Below, piece by piece: positions 7,803-18,288 of a stretch of 64,000 nt of DNA. The notes beneath the pieces were generated by a model. It was not told the origin of the DNA, made no database searches, and saw only the letters and a program-made list of their open reading frames with translations. The DNA lies in NCBI GenBank assembly GCA_965223545.1, contig OZ245006.1:992001-1056000 (forward strand). The letters run 5' to 3'. The position numbers and the translations under genes are program-made. The first letter of the stretch is position 1; each line of letters opens with the position of its first letter. The DNA is from Planctomycetota bacterium. Its GTDB lineage: Bacteria; Planctomycetota; UBA1135; UBA2386.

Positions 7803-9875
7803 ATGCGCATCGGCATGGTCAGCACCGAAGTCGCCGGCTACCGCGGCGGCGGCATCGGCACGCACGTGGTCGAGGCGGCGACCGCGCTGACGGGGGCGGG
7901 TCACGAATGCTGGCTGTTCACCGCGCCGCTCGAGGGCGAGGCCGGCGCCGCGCTGCGCCGGCACCCGTCGTTCGCGCGGGTCGAGTTCGTCGGCGAGGGC
8001 CTGCCGCCCGACCAGCGCCTGCCCTACCGGATCAGCAACCACGCGGTCGAGCACGCCACCCGCGTGCACTACCAAGTGCTCGCCGCGGGTGTGCCGTTCG
8101 ACTACATCGAAGTGGCGGACTTCGGCGCCGAGGCGAGCGTGCTGATCGCCGAGCAGCGGATGTTCCGCACGCACGGCGACGCCGTCGTCGCGCTGGTGCT
8201 GCACTCACCCTCCGAGGTCTGCTACCGGTTCAACCGGCAATCGCACTGGCGGACGCCGGCCGTGCAGGAGGTGATCGCCCTCGAGCATCAGGCGATCCGC
8301 CACGCGCCGGTGCTGCTGTCGCCGTCGCGTCGATTGGGAGACATGGTCGCGGAGCGCCTGGACCTCGACCGCGGCCGCATCGGTGAGCTGCGGCCGCCGA
8401 TGCGCCCCGTCGCGCAGCCGCCCGACCCGCCCGCCGCGGCGGCGGCGCTCGCGGACTTGGACTTCGTGTTCTTTGGCCGCCTCGAGCCGCGCAAGGGACT
8501 GACCACGCTGCTCGACGCGTTCGCACAGCTGCCGGAGCTCCGGTTGGACATCATCGGCCCGGACAGCACCGGCGGACCGTTCGCCGACAGCTACGCCGCG
8601 CACTTGGCCGCCCGGTTGCCGGCCAACGTCACGCTCCGCCAACCGCTCGCCCGCGACGCGATGCTGCAGCGCATCGCGCAGGCCGACGTCTGCGTGCTGC
8701 CCTCGCCTTGGGACAACTGGCCCAACACCTGCGTCGAGGCGATGGCGCACCGGCGCGTCGTCCTGGGCGGCCGCAACGGCGGCATGGCGGAGATGATCGA
8801 GCCGGGGGTCAGCGGGTTCTTGTTCGACGGCGGCGATGCCGGCGACTTGGTGCGCTGCATCCGCGACGAGCTGGGCAGTGCGCTCGACCGCCTGAGCGCC
8901 ATCGGCAACGCCGCACAGCGGCGCATCCGCGCCCTGACCGAGCCCAAGCGCTACGTGCACGCGGTCGAGACCATCGTGCGGGGCAATCGCTCCGACCGCG
9001 CCCCGGCGGCGGTGCAGGCGCCGCCGGCCATCGCTCTGGTCGTCACCGATCAGGGCCGGCCGCGCGAAGCCCTGCAGACCACGCTCGCCTCGGTGGCCGC
9101 GCTGCGCGCACCGCCGGCTGACGTGGTGATCGCCTGCCGTCCGCAGCACGAGTCGCTGGCGAGGGGGGCTCGCATGCGAACGTTGACGGGGGCGTGGCCG
9201 ACCAGAGCGGCGGCGCGCAATGATGCCGTCGCGGAAACGAAGGCCGATCTCGTCGTCTTCCTGCACGCGGGTGATCTCGTTGTCCCGGAGTGCCTGGCCG
9301 TGCTCACCGACGTGGCGCAACGCTTTCCGGCGGCGGCGTTGCTCGCTGCACAGTCGCACGTTTTGCACGCGGGCACTCTGCACGGCGTGCTCAATCCGAT
9401 CCCGATCGAGCCCGGCACCGAGATCTCGGCGTACCAGTTCGCGCACCGCGCCATCGCCGTGCGGCGCTCCGCCTGGCAAGACCACGGTCTTTGCTTCGAC
9501 GCGCGGATCGATCGCTACTGCGAGTGGGGTCTGCGGCTCGACGCGCGGCGCGCGGGTCTCGTCGAGGAGATCGTGCCCCGCATCCTGTTCCACCACGAAC
9601 AGCCCGAAGAACCAACCGAGCGCGAGGCGGCGCTGCGCGAGCACCTCTCGCTGCTCGGGCTCTTGGTCGAGCACCACATGGACACCACCGAGGCCGAACG
9701 CGCGCGCCTCACCGCCGCCATCCACGCCTGGGGACTCGGCGCCCTGCACGTGGCGTTTGCCCCGGACCTCGTCGCGATGCAGGACCCGCTCGAACGGCTG
9801 CACGACGTGCTCGCCCGCGAGGCCGACGAAGACGGCGCGCGCCGCTGGCGCCTGCCGTGGTCGCGCCGCCGGTGA
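7803..9875 (+). CDS. Two-domain glycosyltransferase (GT4 plus degenerate GT2)
   Basis: GGGIGT, FGRLEPRKG, PSPWDNWPNTCVEAM and GGMAEMI (GT4); C-terminal GT2-like AAARNDAV...DLVVFLHAGD. Confidence 0.8.
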   Translation: MRIGMVSTEVAGYRGGGIGTHVVEAATALTGAGHECWLFTAPLEGEAGAALRRHPSFARVEFVGEGLPPDQRLPYRISNHAVEHATRVHYQVLAAGVPFDYIEVADFGAEASVLIAEQRMFRTHGDAVVALVLHSPSEVCYRFNRQSHWRTPAVQEVIALEHQAIRHAPVLLSPSRRLGDMVAERLDLDRGRIGELRPPMRPVAQPPDPPAAAAALADLDFVFFGRLEPRKGLTTLLDAFAQLPELRLDIIGPDSTGGPFADSYAAHLAARLPANVTLRQPLARDAMLQRIAQADVCVLPSPWDNWPNTCVEAMAHRRVVLGGRNGGMAEMIEPGVSGFLFDGGDAGDLVRCIRDELGSALDRLSAIGNAAQRRIRALTEPKRYVHAVETIVRGNRSDRAPAAVQAPPAIALVVTDQGRPREALQTTLASVAALRAPPADVVIACRPQHESLARGARMRTLTGAWPTRAAARNDAVAETKADLVVFLHAGDLVVPECLAVLTDVAQRFPAAALLAAQSHVLHAGTLHGVLNPIPIEPGTEISAYQFAHRAIAVRRSAWQDHGLCFDARIDRYCEWGLRLDARRAGLVEEIVPRILFHHEQPEEPTEREAALREHLSLLGLLVEHHMDTTEAERARLTAAIHAWGLGALHVAFAPDLVAMQDPLERLHDVLAREADEDGARRWRLPWSRRR

Positions 9876-9882
9876 CGGTCGG

Positions 9883-11298
9883 TCAGGGGCGCCGTTGCAG
9901 CCGGAGCTCGAGCGTCTCCCCGGGCCAGACCCGCTGCGGCGACGGTGCCACCAACCCGTGGCGCGCCCAGCGGAATGCGGGTTGGACCGACACCTGGTAC
10001 TCCGCGGGCAGCAGACCTCGGGCGACGAACCGACCCTCGCCGTCGATGTCCACGTGGCGCGGCACCGGGCCGCCGCCCCCACCTGCCCATTCGAGCACCA
10101 CCTTGGACTCGGTTGCCGGTCGCCCGTCGGGTAGCCGCACTCGACCCCGCACCACGCCGGCGGCCGACCGCACCCGCACGGCGACGGGTGTCACTCCCCC
10201 CGCCACGACCGTCACCGGCGCCAACGGCCAGACCGCGTAGGGCTGGTCTTCCGCTAGAGTCGGACTGAGGTCATAGGTGCCGGGATCGGCAACGCACTCG
10301 GCGCCCGGAACATCCCCCGACTTGCGCATCCGCAGCCGCGCGGAGATGAGCGCGTCGCCTTCGGCCGAACGCCCGGCCAAGCGCAACGAGAAGCCGGGCT
10401 GCACCATACCGTCGATGGAGAACTGCACGCGGCCGCGCCGCTGCAACAGAAACGTCTCGCGGTGGACGGTGTCGACTCCCAACGACACCACGCGACTCGA
10501 AGGCTCCGGCAGCATCCAGCCAAAGCTCTGGTTGCCGTGCACGACCGCGACCCCCACCGGACCCGCCGGCAGCCGGTCGACGCGGACCGTGCCCCGCGCG
10601 TCGGTGCGCGGCAGCGACTCCCACCGCAGCGGACGGCGCCGGCGATCGACGATCTCGCGAACGCGCTCGCGCGGCTCGTCCGGCAGCAGCACCGTCATCC
10701 GCGGCATCGGCACCGCCGGCAGCTCGGTGTCGCCTGGCGCGCCGAAGTGCACGACCACCGAAAGGTCGGGCACCGGCGCACCGGTGTCATCGACGGCCGC
10801 CACCACCATCGACGAGCTCCGCCGCCGCAGCACGACTTGCACGGGGTCGCGGCCCGTCGGTGCGGCGCTGCAGTCCACCAGCTCCTCGGTGAATGCGGGG
10901 GCGTCGGCGGCCAATGGGTTGGCCAGGAGCCACACCGGATCGAGAGCCAACGGGATGCGGCACAGGCCGTCCGGTCCGGTGCGCCTGCGCGCCACCGGCT
11001 GCGCGGCGTCGGCGCCGAACACTTCGACACCGATCCCCGCAAGCGGCTGCCGTTGCGCGTCGCAAACCGACACCACGAACTCGGCGCCGCCGAGATCGCG
11101 ACGTCCTTGCAGCTCCGGCACCGCACGCTCGGTCCCCCCCGCCACCTGCGACGGCCTTGCCGCGGACTCGCTGCGTTGACCGGAGCTTCGCTCGGGACCC
11201 GCCGGCGGAACGATGGCAATCGTCGAGCAGCGGGACACTCCGGCGAGAATCAGCAGCCCCGCGCCCAGCAGAGCGACCGACCACCGCACACGGCTCAC
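9883..11298 (-). CDS. Membrane-anchored protein with carboxypeptidase-regulatory-like (transthyretin-fold) repeats
   Basis: N-terminal hydrophobic segment; repeated V.D..G.P..G..V and TD..G...l..Lp.G motifs; GAGG upstream of the GTG start. Confidence 0.6.
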   Translation of the reverse strand: MSRVRWSVALLGAGLLILAGVSRCSTIAIVPPAGPERSSGQRSESAARPSQVAGGTERAVPELQGRRDLGGAEFVVSVCDAQRQPLAGIGVEVFGADAAQPVARRRTGPDGLCRIPLALDPVWLLANPLAADAPAFTEELVDCSAAPTGRDPVQVVLRRRSSSMVVAAVDDTGAPVPDLSVVVHFGAPGDTELPAVPMPRMTVLLPDEPRERVREIVDRRRRPLRWESLPRTDARGTVRVDRLPAGPVGVAVVHGNQSFGWMLPEPSSRVVSLGVDTVHRETFLLQRRGRVQFSIDGMVQPGFSLRLAGRSAEGDALISARLRMRKSGDVPGAECVADPGTYDLSPTLAEDQPYAVWPLAPVTVVAGGVTPVAVRVRSAAGVVRGRVRLPDGRPATESKVVLEWAGGGGGPVPRHVDIDGEGRFVARGLLPAEYQVSVQPAFRWARHGLVAPSPQRVWPGETLELRLQRRP

Positions 11299-11393
11299 AC
11301 CGACCTCGACCGCATGACACCACGAGGATACCGCAGGTTGGGAAACCCACCCGAACGTTCCCCACCGAGCGGCAGCGCGGTAGCGTCGCCGCC

Positions 11394-12308
11394 GTGCATC
11401 CAACGCCCGTCGAGGTCCGCGGCCTGGCCAAGTCGTACGGGGCACACGTCGCTCTACGCGGCCTCGATCTCGCCGTGCCGCGCGGCGCGGTCTACGGCTT
11501 TCTCGGCCCCAACGGCGCCGGCAAGACCACCGCGCTGCGCATCCTGCTCGGCTTGCTGCGCGCCGACTCCGGCAGCGCCACGGTGCTCGGCCACGACTGC
11601 TGGCGCGAGGGATCCGCGCTGCGCGCGCACGTCGGCAGCCTGGCCGGCGATGTGCGCCTGCCCGGCTGGATGCGCGGGCGCGACGCGCTGCACTACTGCG
11701 GGGCGGCGCGCGGCGTCGAACTGCGCAGTCCGGGAGCGGCGCTGGCCGAGCGCCTCGACCTCGACCTCGACGTCGCGGTGCAGGACATGTCGCGCGGCAT
11801 GCGGCAGAAGCTCGGCCTGATCGCAGCGCTGGCACCAGCGCCCGCGGTGCTGATCCTCGACGAGCCGACCGGCGGGCTCGACCCGATCGCGCAACGCCGC
11901 TTGGCCGAGATCCTGCGCGAGCGCGCCGGCGGCGGCGCCACGGTGCTGTTCTCGAGCCACGTGCTGAGCGAGGTGCAGGAGCTCTGCGATCGGGTCGCGA
12001 TCCTGCGGCGCGGTGCCCTGGTCGCCGACGAGGCGCTGGCGAGCTTGCGCGCGCGGGCGCCGCGCAGCGTGACCGTGCGCTTCGCCGGACCCGCCCCCGA
12101 CCGATGGCCGGAGTGCCTGCACCGTTCCCCGGGCGCCGTGGATGGCGACGCCAACGTCTGGCACGCCGACCTCGCCGCGCCGCCCGCGGCGCTGATCGAG
12201 TGGCTCGGTGGCCAGCGCATCGACGACCTGGAGCTCGCGCCACCGGACCTCGACCGTTTGTTTCACGCCTACTACGACGAGGCTCTCGACCCGGGGTCCG
12301 AAGCGTGA
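11394..12308 (+). CDS. ABC transporter ATP-binding protein (exporter, ABC-2 type)
   Basis: Walker A GPNGAGKTT, signature MSRGMRQ, Walker B LILDEPT and SSH switch. Confidence 0.92.
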   Translation: MHPTPVEVRGLAKSYGAHVALRGLDLAVPRGAVYGFLGPNGAGKTTALRILLGLLRADSGSATVLGHDCWREGSALRAHVGSLAGDVRLPGWMRGRDALHYCGAARGVELRSPGAALAERLDLDLDVAVQDMSRGMRQKLGLIAALAPAPAVLILDEPTGGLDPIAQRRLAEILRERAGGGATVLFSSHVLSEVQELCDRVAILRRGALVADEALASLRARAPRSVTVRFAGPAPDRWPECLHRSPGAVDGDANVWHADLAAPPAALIEWLGGQRIDDLELAPPDLDRLFHAYYDEALDPGSEA

Positions 12309-13117
12309 ACCGCGGCCTCTGGTTCAAGGCGTGGCGCGAGACCCGCATCACCACCGCACTGTTCGCGGCGGCCGCGTTCGCCATGCACCTGGCGCTCGCG
12401 CTGGTGCTGCCGACCTTCTTGAGCGAAGGCCTCGGCGCGCTGGTGCAGGCCGCCCCCTTCCGCGCGGTGATCCGCGCGCTGGTCGGTCCCGCCGGCGATC
12501 AGTTCGGGCCGCAGGTGCTGGTCTCGCTCGCCTGGATCCACCCGGTCGTGCTGACCATCCTGTGGGCGCACGCGGTGGTGCTCGCCGCGCGGCTCCCGGC
12601 CGAGATCGAACGCGGCACGATCGACTTCACCCTGGGCGTGCCGGTCTCGCGCGCACAGGTGATCCTCACCGAGGTCCTGGTGTGGGCCGTCGGGGCGTGC
12701 CTGCTGCTGGCTGCCGAGCTCGGTGGCCACCTGCTCGGCCGCGCACTGGTCGAGCCGCCGTCGGTGCCGACAGCGTGGCAGCTCACTGCCGTATTGGCCA
12801 ACCAGCTGGCGCTGGTGGCGGCGGTGGCGGGCGCCGCGTTCTTCATCGCCGCGCGCAGCGAGCGCCGCGGCCGCGCCACCGGCGCCGCATTCGCCCTGCT
12901 GCTGGCGGCGTTCTTCTGGCACGTGCTCGGTCAGTTTTGGCGCCCGGCCGGCGACCTCGCGTTCTTGGGACCGATGCACTGGTATCGGCCACCCGAGCTG
13001 CTGGCGGAGGGAGCCGCGTTCCCGTGGGCGGCCATCGCGGTGCTGGGCACCACAGCGCTGATCGCTTTCGCCGCCGCGGTCCGCACTTTTGACCGACGCA
13101 ACATCAACACCCTGTGA
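12305..13117 (+). CDS. ABC-2 type permease
   Basis: About six TM helices and the EIERGTIDF...PVSR motif; GTGA overlap with the ATPase gene. Confidence 0.85.
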   Translation: MNRGLWFKAWRETRITTALFAAAAFAMHLALALVLPTFLSEGLGALVQAAPFRAVIRALVGPAGDQFGPQVLVSLAWIHPVVLTILWAHAVVLAARLPAEIERGTIDFTLGVPVSRAQVILTEVLVWAVGACLLLAAELGGHLLGRALVEPPSVPTAWQLTAVLANQLALVAAVAGAAFFIAARSERRGRATGAAFALLLAAFFWHVLGQFWRPAGDLAFLGPMHWYRPPELLAEGAAFPWAAIAVLGTTALIAFAAAVRTFDRRNINTL

Positions 13118-13185
13118 GGGCGAACAGCGCGCGAGGAGGCGCGATACACTGGGCCGACACATTGGGCCCACCCAAGGAGCTCGAC

Positions 13186-15726
13186 ATGCTGCAGGCACTC
13201 GCCGTGACGCCTCTGGTCCTCTCCGCGGCAGCGATTCTCGCCGGCGGTTCCGCCGCGGCGCAGCGCCCGCTGCTGTCTCCGCCGAGCGCCATGCTCCCCA
13301 CGATCGCCAAGAACACCGCCGCGATTGTCGCCGGCGACCTCGACGGCGACGGTGACCTCGACGCCTACACCGCTGCCGGCGAAATCTACCTGAATGCCGG
13401 ACACGCGAGCTTCGTCGCGCGACGGGCGCTGGGCGCGACGTCGGGATTGTCAGGGACTGCGACAGCGCTGGCCGACGTCGACGGCGACGGCGACCTCGAC
13501 GCCCTGACTGCCACCCGGAGTGGGCGCAACCTCCTCTACCTGAACGACGGCACCGGCACGTTCACCAATGCAACCAACAGGATGCCGGCGGACTCGCACG
13601 ACTCCCGCGGCGTGGTCGCGGCCGACTTCGACGGCGACGGTGACGTCGACGCGGTGTTCGGCAACACCGGCACGTTCTTCGGCTTGGACGCGCAGACGCG
13701 GCTCTACCTGAACGACGGTACCGGCACCTTCACCGACGCCACGCAAGGGCGCATGCCGCAGGACTCCGACTCGACGACTTCACTCGCCGCCGGCGATGTG
13801 GATGGCGATGGCGACGTCGACGTCGTGGTCGGCAACGAGCACTTCGGCCAGGTCGCGCAGAACCGGCTGTACTTGAACGACGGCAGCGGCGTGTTCCGCG
13901 ATGCGACGGCGACCTCGATGCCACCGGTCAACCTCAGGACGTTCTCCGTGGCGCTGGGTGACGCCGACGGAGACGGCGACCTCGACCTGTTCACCGGCAA
14001 CAGCAACCGCCCCAACCGGTTCTACCGCAACGACGGCGCCGGCGTCTTCGCCGAGGTCGCGAGCAGCTTTTCGATGCGCTCGGAGTCCACCGCGTCGGTT
14101 CAACTCGGCGACGTGGACGGCGACGGCGACCTCGACGCATTGGTCGCCAACGCGATCCACCCCAACCGGCTCTTCCTCAATGACGGCAGCGGCGGGTTCA
14201 CCCAGGTCGGCGCGCCGACGTTCGTCGAAGACGAGGACCCTAGCCAGAGCGCCGTCCTCGCCGATTTCGACGGCGATGGCGACACCGACATCATCATCGG
14301 CAACACCGGCGGGGACCGTCTCTACCTCAACGACGGCAGCGGCGCCTTCGCCGACCCGGACCGCACGCGAATTCCGGCCGACTCGGCCACCACGTCAGCG
14401 GTCGCGGCAGCCGACTTGAACGGCGACCACTTCGTGGACGTGGTGCTCGGCCACGACTTCGGCGAGCGGACGCGACTCTATCTCAACACGGGCGACGGCG
14501 GCTTCATCGACGCGACCGACAACTTGCCGTTCGACAACGATTTCACCGACGCGGTCGTGCTGGGCGACGTCGACGGCGATCGCGATTCCGACGTCCTGAT
14601 CGCCAACTGCTGCGGCCAGCCGATGCGGCTCTACCTCAACAACGGTCTGGGCGTGTTCTCCGACGCGACCGGCACGCGGTTGCCGTCGGGCACCGGCAGC
14701 ACACAAGAGCTGGTGCTCGGCGATCTCGACGGCGACCGGGACCCGGACGTGTGGTACGTCAACCTCGGGCGCAACGGCGTCCTGATCAACGGTGGAAACG
14801 GCGTCTTCACCAACGAGTCCAACGCCCGTCTACCGCCGATCGGCGCCAGCACGCTGACCGGCGCGCTGCTGGACGTGGATGGCGACGGTGACCTCGACGC
14901 GTTCTCCGGCAACACCAACTTCGAGCAGGATCGACTCTACCTCAACGACGGCGAGGGCTTCTTCACGGACGTCACCGATACGCACCTGCCGGTCGACAGC
15001 TCGTTCACCTTCCAGTCGGCAGTGGGCGACGTCGACGCGGACGGCGACGCCGACTTGATGCTGGGCGGGGGCGGCTCGCAGACGCGGCTCTACCTCAACG
15101 ACGGCAGCGGTGTGTTTCAGGACGCCACGGCGACCAACGTCCCGGCCGACGGCCTGACCGCCATGTCCCTGTCGTTGCGAGACTTCGACAACGACGGTGA
15201 TCTGGACGCGTTCATCGGCACGCTGTCCGGCGGCGACGCCCTGTACGAGAACGACGGAGCCGGCGTGTTTCGCGACGCGTCGGCCGACCTCCTGGAATCC
15301 GTATCGGGCAACTTCGCCACGGCCGCGGGCGACTTCGATGCCGATGGCGATGTCGACCTCTTCGTCGCCTCATCCGCGCAGAACTCGGCCTACCTCAACC
15401 GCCTCCGGCAGCTCGAAGTCCGCGCGTTGCCGCGCATCGGCCGCCCGCTCGACTTCGACCTGTCCGGCCCGGAGGGCGGCAGCTGGACCCTCTTCGCGGC
15501 CACCGCCGCGGTCCGCCTACCGACGCCGTTCGGTGCGCTGCGCCTCGACCCGGCCACGATCGTCGCCGCCGGCGCCGGCGCGCTCGACGGCAATGGCCAC
15601 GGAGGGTTGGGATTCGTCGTGCCGGCCCTGCCGGCAGCCGTCGGCACGACGGTCTACTGGCAAGCGGTCGTGGGTACGCCGTTCGCGCTGACCAACCTCG
15701 AGCCGACCACGTTCACCGGCTACTGA
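13186..15726 (+). CDS. Secreted FG-GAP/VCBS repeat protein (14 repeats, two 7-bladed propellers) with the shared C-terminal module
   Basis: Signal peptide; 14 D-x-D-G-D-G-D-x-D type motifs, most followed by RLYLNDG.G.F; AAGGAG RBS. Confidence 0.85.
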   Translation: MLQALAVTPLVLSAAAILAGGSAAAQRPLLSPPSAMLPTIAKNTAAIVAGDLDGDGDLDAYTAAGEIYLNAGHASFVARRALGATSGLSGTATALADVDGDGDLDALTATRSGRNLLYLNDGTGTFTNATNRMPADSHDSRGVVAADFDGDGDVDAVFGNTGTFFGLDAQTRLYLNDGTGTFTDATQGRMPQDSDSTTSLAAGDVDGDGDVDVVVGNEHFGQVAQNRLYLNDGSGVFRDATATSMPPVNLRTFSVALGDADGDGDLDLFTGNSNRPNRFYRNDGAGVFAEVASSFSMRSESTASVQLGDVDGDGDLDALVANAIHPNRLFLNDGSGGFTQVGAPTFVEDEDPSQSAVLADFDGDGDTDIIIGNTGGDRLYLNDGSGAFADPDRTRIPADSATTSAVAAADLNGDHFVDVVLGHDFGERTRLYLNTGDGGFIDATDNLPFDNDFTDAVVLGDVDGDRDSDVLIANCCGQPMRLYLNNGLGVFSDATGTRLPSGTGSTQELVLGDLDGDRDPDVWYVNLGRNGVLINGGNGVFTNESNARLPPIGASTLTGALLDVDGDGDLDAFSGNTNFEQDRLYLNDGEGFFTDVTDTHLPVDSSFTFQSAVGDVDADGDADLMLGGGGSQTRLYLNDGSGVFQDATATNVPADGLTAMSLSLRDFDNDGDLDAFIGTLSGGDALYENDGAGVFRDASADLLESVSGNFATAAGDFDADGDVDLFVASSAQNSAYLNRLRQLEVRALPRIGRPLDFDLSGPEGGSWTLFAATAAVRLPTPFGALRLDPATIVAAGAGALDGNGHGGLGFVVPALPAAVGTTVYWQAVVGTPFALTNLEPTTFTGY

Positions 15727-15727
15727 A

Positions 15728-17158
15728 TCAGCGCACCGGACCCAGCCAGCGCCGAAAGATCTCGCCGACATCGACCCCGGTCACCTCCTCGCACGAGGCC
15801 GGCAGTCGGTCGAGGTCGAGGGGGCGCTCGGCGCCCTCGACCATCAGGCGGCGCACCAGGTCGGCCAAGGACTTCTCGCCGCCGGTCGCCGCGCGGATCG
15901 CTTCGTCGATCTCGAAGGCCATGAGGCCGCCCCGCGCGAACACGTTGCGCCCGGTGCGAAAGTCCTGCGCATAGCGCGTGCTCGCGATGCGCGACACCTC
16001 GGCGAGCGGCAGCGCGTTGAGAAACGCAGGCGAACCCCGCAGCGGAATCCTGAAGCGGCGCCGGACCAGCTCCTGCCGGAAGCCGTCGCCCATCCCGCCC
16101 TCCTCGGCCAGCGCGGCCGCCGCGACGTACTGACCCCACCCCTCGCTGAACCAGATCGAATCGAGGACCGGCGACACCTCCCAGCAAAACGGGAAGTACC
16201 CGGGGCCGGCGCATCGCTTGGGGATCCACGAGTGCGCCATGTGGTGCGCCAGGTTGTAGAGGCCACGCCGCCCGCCGCCCTCCGCTGTGAGCACCATGCT
16301 CGTGTCGGCGAAGATGGTGCAGCTCTCCATGTGCTCCATGGAGAAGCCGTAGCCGTGCTCGGGCGAACGCGGCACGACGAACTCGGCGTGCACCGTGTAG
16401 CGCTTCATCGGCGCGCCGTCGAAGTACGCCGTCAGCGCATCCAACGCCACCACCGCCTGCTGGCCCAAAGCCTCGATCGCCGACGGCGCCTCCGCGTACT
16501 GGACGACGAACAGCGGCACGCTCGCTTGGAACGCGCGCACCTCGATATCGGGCCCCATGATCAGCTGGCTGTCGGCGAGGCCGTAGTAGTCCCTCGCCCT
16601 TGCCGTCGCCGCGCCGCGGCCGGGCTCCGCCTGCGGCGCCAGCGTCGACAGCACCGGCCAGTCGTCGGGGCCACGCGCCACCAGCTCGACCGGCCGGCTC
16701 TCGAATCCCTCGGCGAACGCGAACACCGAGTAGCCGAGCAGGCCCAGATAGCCGGGCCGCGCCTTGGAGGAATCCGCCGCCGTCAGGATCTCCAGCTCTT
16801 GCGCGTCGACGTCGACGGCGTAGCGCACGCGGCGCGCCGCCGCAGGTCCACGACCGAGCTGCCAACGCGGGCCGTCGGCGTCCTTTGCTACTTCGAGGGC
16901 GCGCCCCTCCGCGTCGAAGGCCAAGGGGTCGCGCACCCAGCGATCGTAGGGAACGTCGCCGTAGCCCATCGGCACGGCGCGCGGCATCACCAGCACCCGA
17001 GCCGGTTGGGGTAGCGTCATTTCCACCACCACCCGGCCGTGGACCGCGGGGTCGTAGTCGAGCCGGTAGCGGATTTGCGCCGGGCTGCGCGCGCTCAGCA
17101 CGCCACTGACCAACGCGGCGACGAGTGCGGCGAGCGCGAGAGGCTTGGGGCAAGGCAT
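15728..17158 (-). CDS. M61 glycyl-aminopeptidase-like secreted protein (HHxxH variant, no PDZ domain)
   Basis: Signal peptide; FSMEH, LAHHMAHSWIPKR and IWFSEG correspond to M61 GLEH, AHEYFHxWNVKR and LWxxEG. Confidence 0.7.
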   Translation of the reverse strand: MPCPKPLALAALVAALVSGVLSARSPAQIRYRLDYDPAVHGRVVVEMTLPQPARVLVMPRAVPMGYGDVPYDRWVRDPLAFDAEGRALEVAKDADGPRWQLGRGPAAARRVRYAVDVDAQELEILTAADSSKARPGYLGLLGYSVFAFAEGFESRPVELVARGPDDWPVLSTLAPQAEPGRGAATARARDYYGLADSQLIMGPDIEVRAFQASVPLFVVQYAEAPSAIEALGQQAVVALDALTAYFDGAPMKRYTVHAEFVVPRSPEHGYGFSMEHMESCTIFADTSMVLTAEGGGRRGLYNLAHHMAHSWIPKRCAGPGYFPFCWEVSPVLDSIWFSEGWGQYVAAAALAEEGGMGDGFRQELVRRRFRIPLRGSPAFLNALPLAEVSRIASTRYAQDFRTGRNVFARGGLMAFEIDEAIRAATGGEKSLADLVRRLMVEGAERPLDLDRLPASCEEVTGVDVGEIFRRWLGPVR

Positions 17159-17256
17159 GCGTCGCCCCCAACATATCGGCGATGGAGCGCGGGCGGGCCA
17201 CCGCCGCGCCATCGACACCCGGTGAAGCGCAGGCCCGGCGCGCGTAACGTGTCGCC

Positions 17257-18288
17257 ATGAACTTGCAGGACAAAGTCGCGCTGGTCGCCGGCGCGACGCG
17301 CGGCGCCGGCCGCGGCATCGCCCGCGCCCTCGGCGAAGCGGGCGCGGTGGTCTACTGCACCGGGCGCAGCAGCCGCGGCGGCGACGTCGATCCCAAGCGG
17401 CCCGAGACGATCGAGGAGACCGCCGAGCTGGTCGATACCGCTGGCGGCCGCGGGATTCCGGTGCGCGTCGACCACACCGACGAGGCGGCGGTCGAGACGC
17501 TGTTCGCCCGCGTGCGCGACGACCACGGCCGGCTCGATCTCCTGGTCAACGACATCTGGGGCGGCGACGCGCTCACCGAGTGGGGTGTGCCCTTCTGGCT
17601 GGCCGACGTCGGGCAGGGGTTCACGATGATGGAGCGCGCCATCCACACGCACATCATCACCAGCCGGCACGGCGTTCCGCTGATGCTCGACGGCGAGGGC
17701 GGGCTGGTCGTCGAGCTCACCGACGGCGCGTTCTACGGCTACCGCGGCCAGCTGTTCTACGACCTGTGCAAGATGTCGGTGATCCGGCTCGCGTACGCGA
17801 TGGCGGTCGAGCTCGAAGACCAGCCGATCACCGCGGTGGCGATCACGCCCGGCTTTCTGCGCTCGGAGGCCGTGCTCGACCACTTTGGCGTCGAGGAAGA
17901 CAACTGGCGCGACGCGATCGCCAAGGACCCCCACTTCGCGGAGTCCGAGACGCCGCTCTTGGTCGGGCGCGCGATCGCCGCGCTCGCCGCGGATCCCGAT
18001 GTGCGGCGCTACAACGGCCAGGTGCTGGCGAGCTGGGACGTCACCAGGCACTACGGCATCACCGACGTCGACGGCCGACGACCCCACTGGGACGAGCATC
18101 TCGACGGCGCGATCGAAGAGCTGTTGGAACGCGACGCACCGAGCGCCGACGACTTGATGCTGCTCGGGTTTCGGCGTTCGCAGCTGGACTTCGACGCGGG
18201 GCGCGCGGCGCAGCGCGCGCGCATCGATGCGTTTCTCGAGCGACACCGGCGTGCGGCGGGCGGTGGCTCGGCCGCGGCCGATCAGTGA
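17257..18288 (+). CDS. Short-chain dehydrogenase/reductase
   Basis: VAGATRGAGRGIA, LVNDIWGG, catalytic YDLCK and TPGFLRSE. Confidence 0.9.
   Translation: MNLQDKVALVAGATRGAGRGIARALGEAGAVVYCTGRSSRGGDVDPKRPETIEETAELVDTAGGRGIPVRVDHTDEAAVETLFARVRDDHGRLDLLVNDIWGGDALTEWGVPFWLADVGQGFTMMERAIHTHIITSRHGVPLMLDGEGGLVVELTDGAFYGYRGQLFYDLCKMSVIRLAYAMAVELEDQPITAVAITPGFLRSEAVLDHFGVEEDNWRDAIAKDPHFAESETPLLVGRAIAALAADPDVRRYNGQVLASWDVTRHYGITDVDGRRPHWDEHLDGAIEELLERDAPSADDLMLLGFRRSQLDFDAGRAAQRARIDAFLERHRRAAGGGSAAADQ

Noticed and set aside
13300..15400. Recurrent GACGGCGACGGCGACCTCGAC DNA repeats (also 48560-50720)
   Set aside because: Fully explained by the FG-GAP protein repeats; not a CRISPR array or a DGR template/variable repeat pair, and no reverse transcriptase is present.
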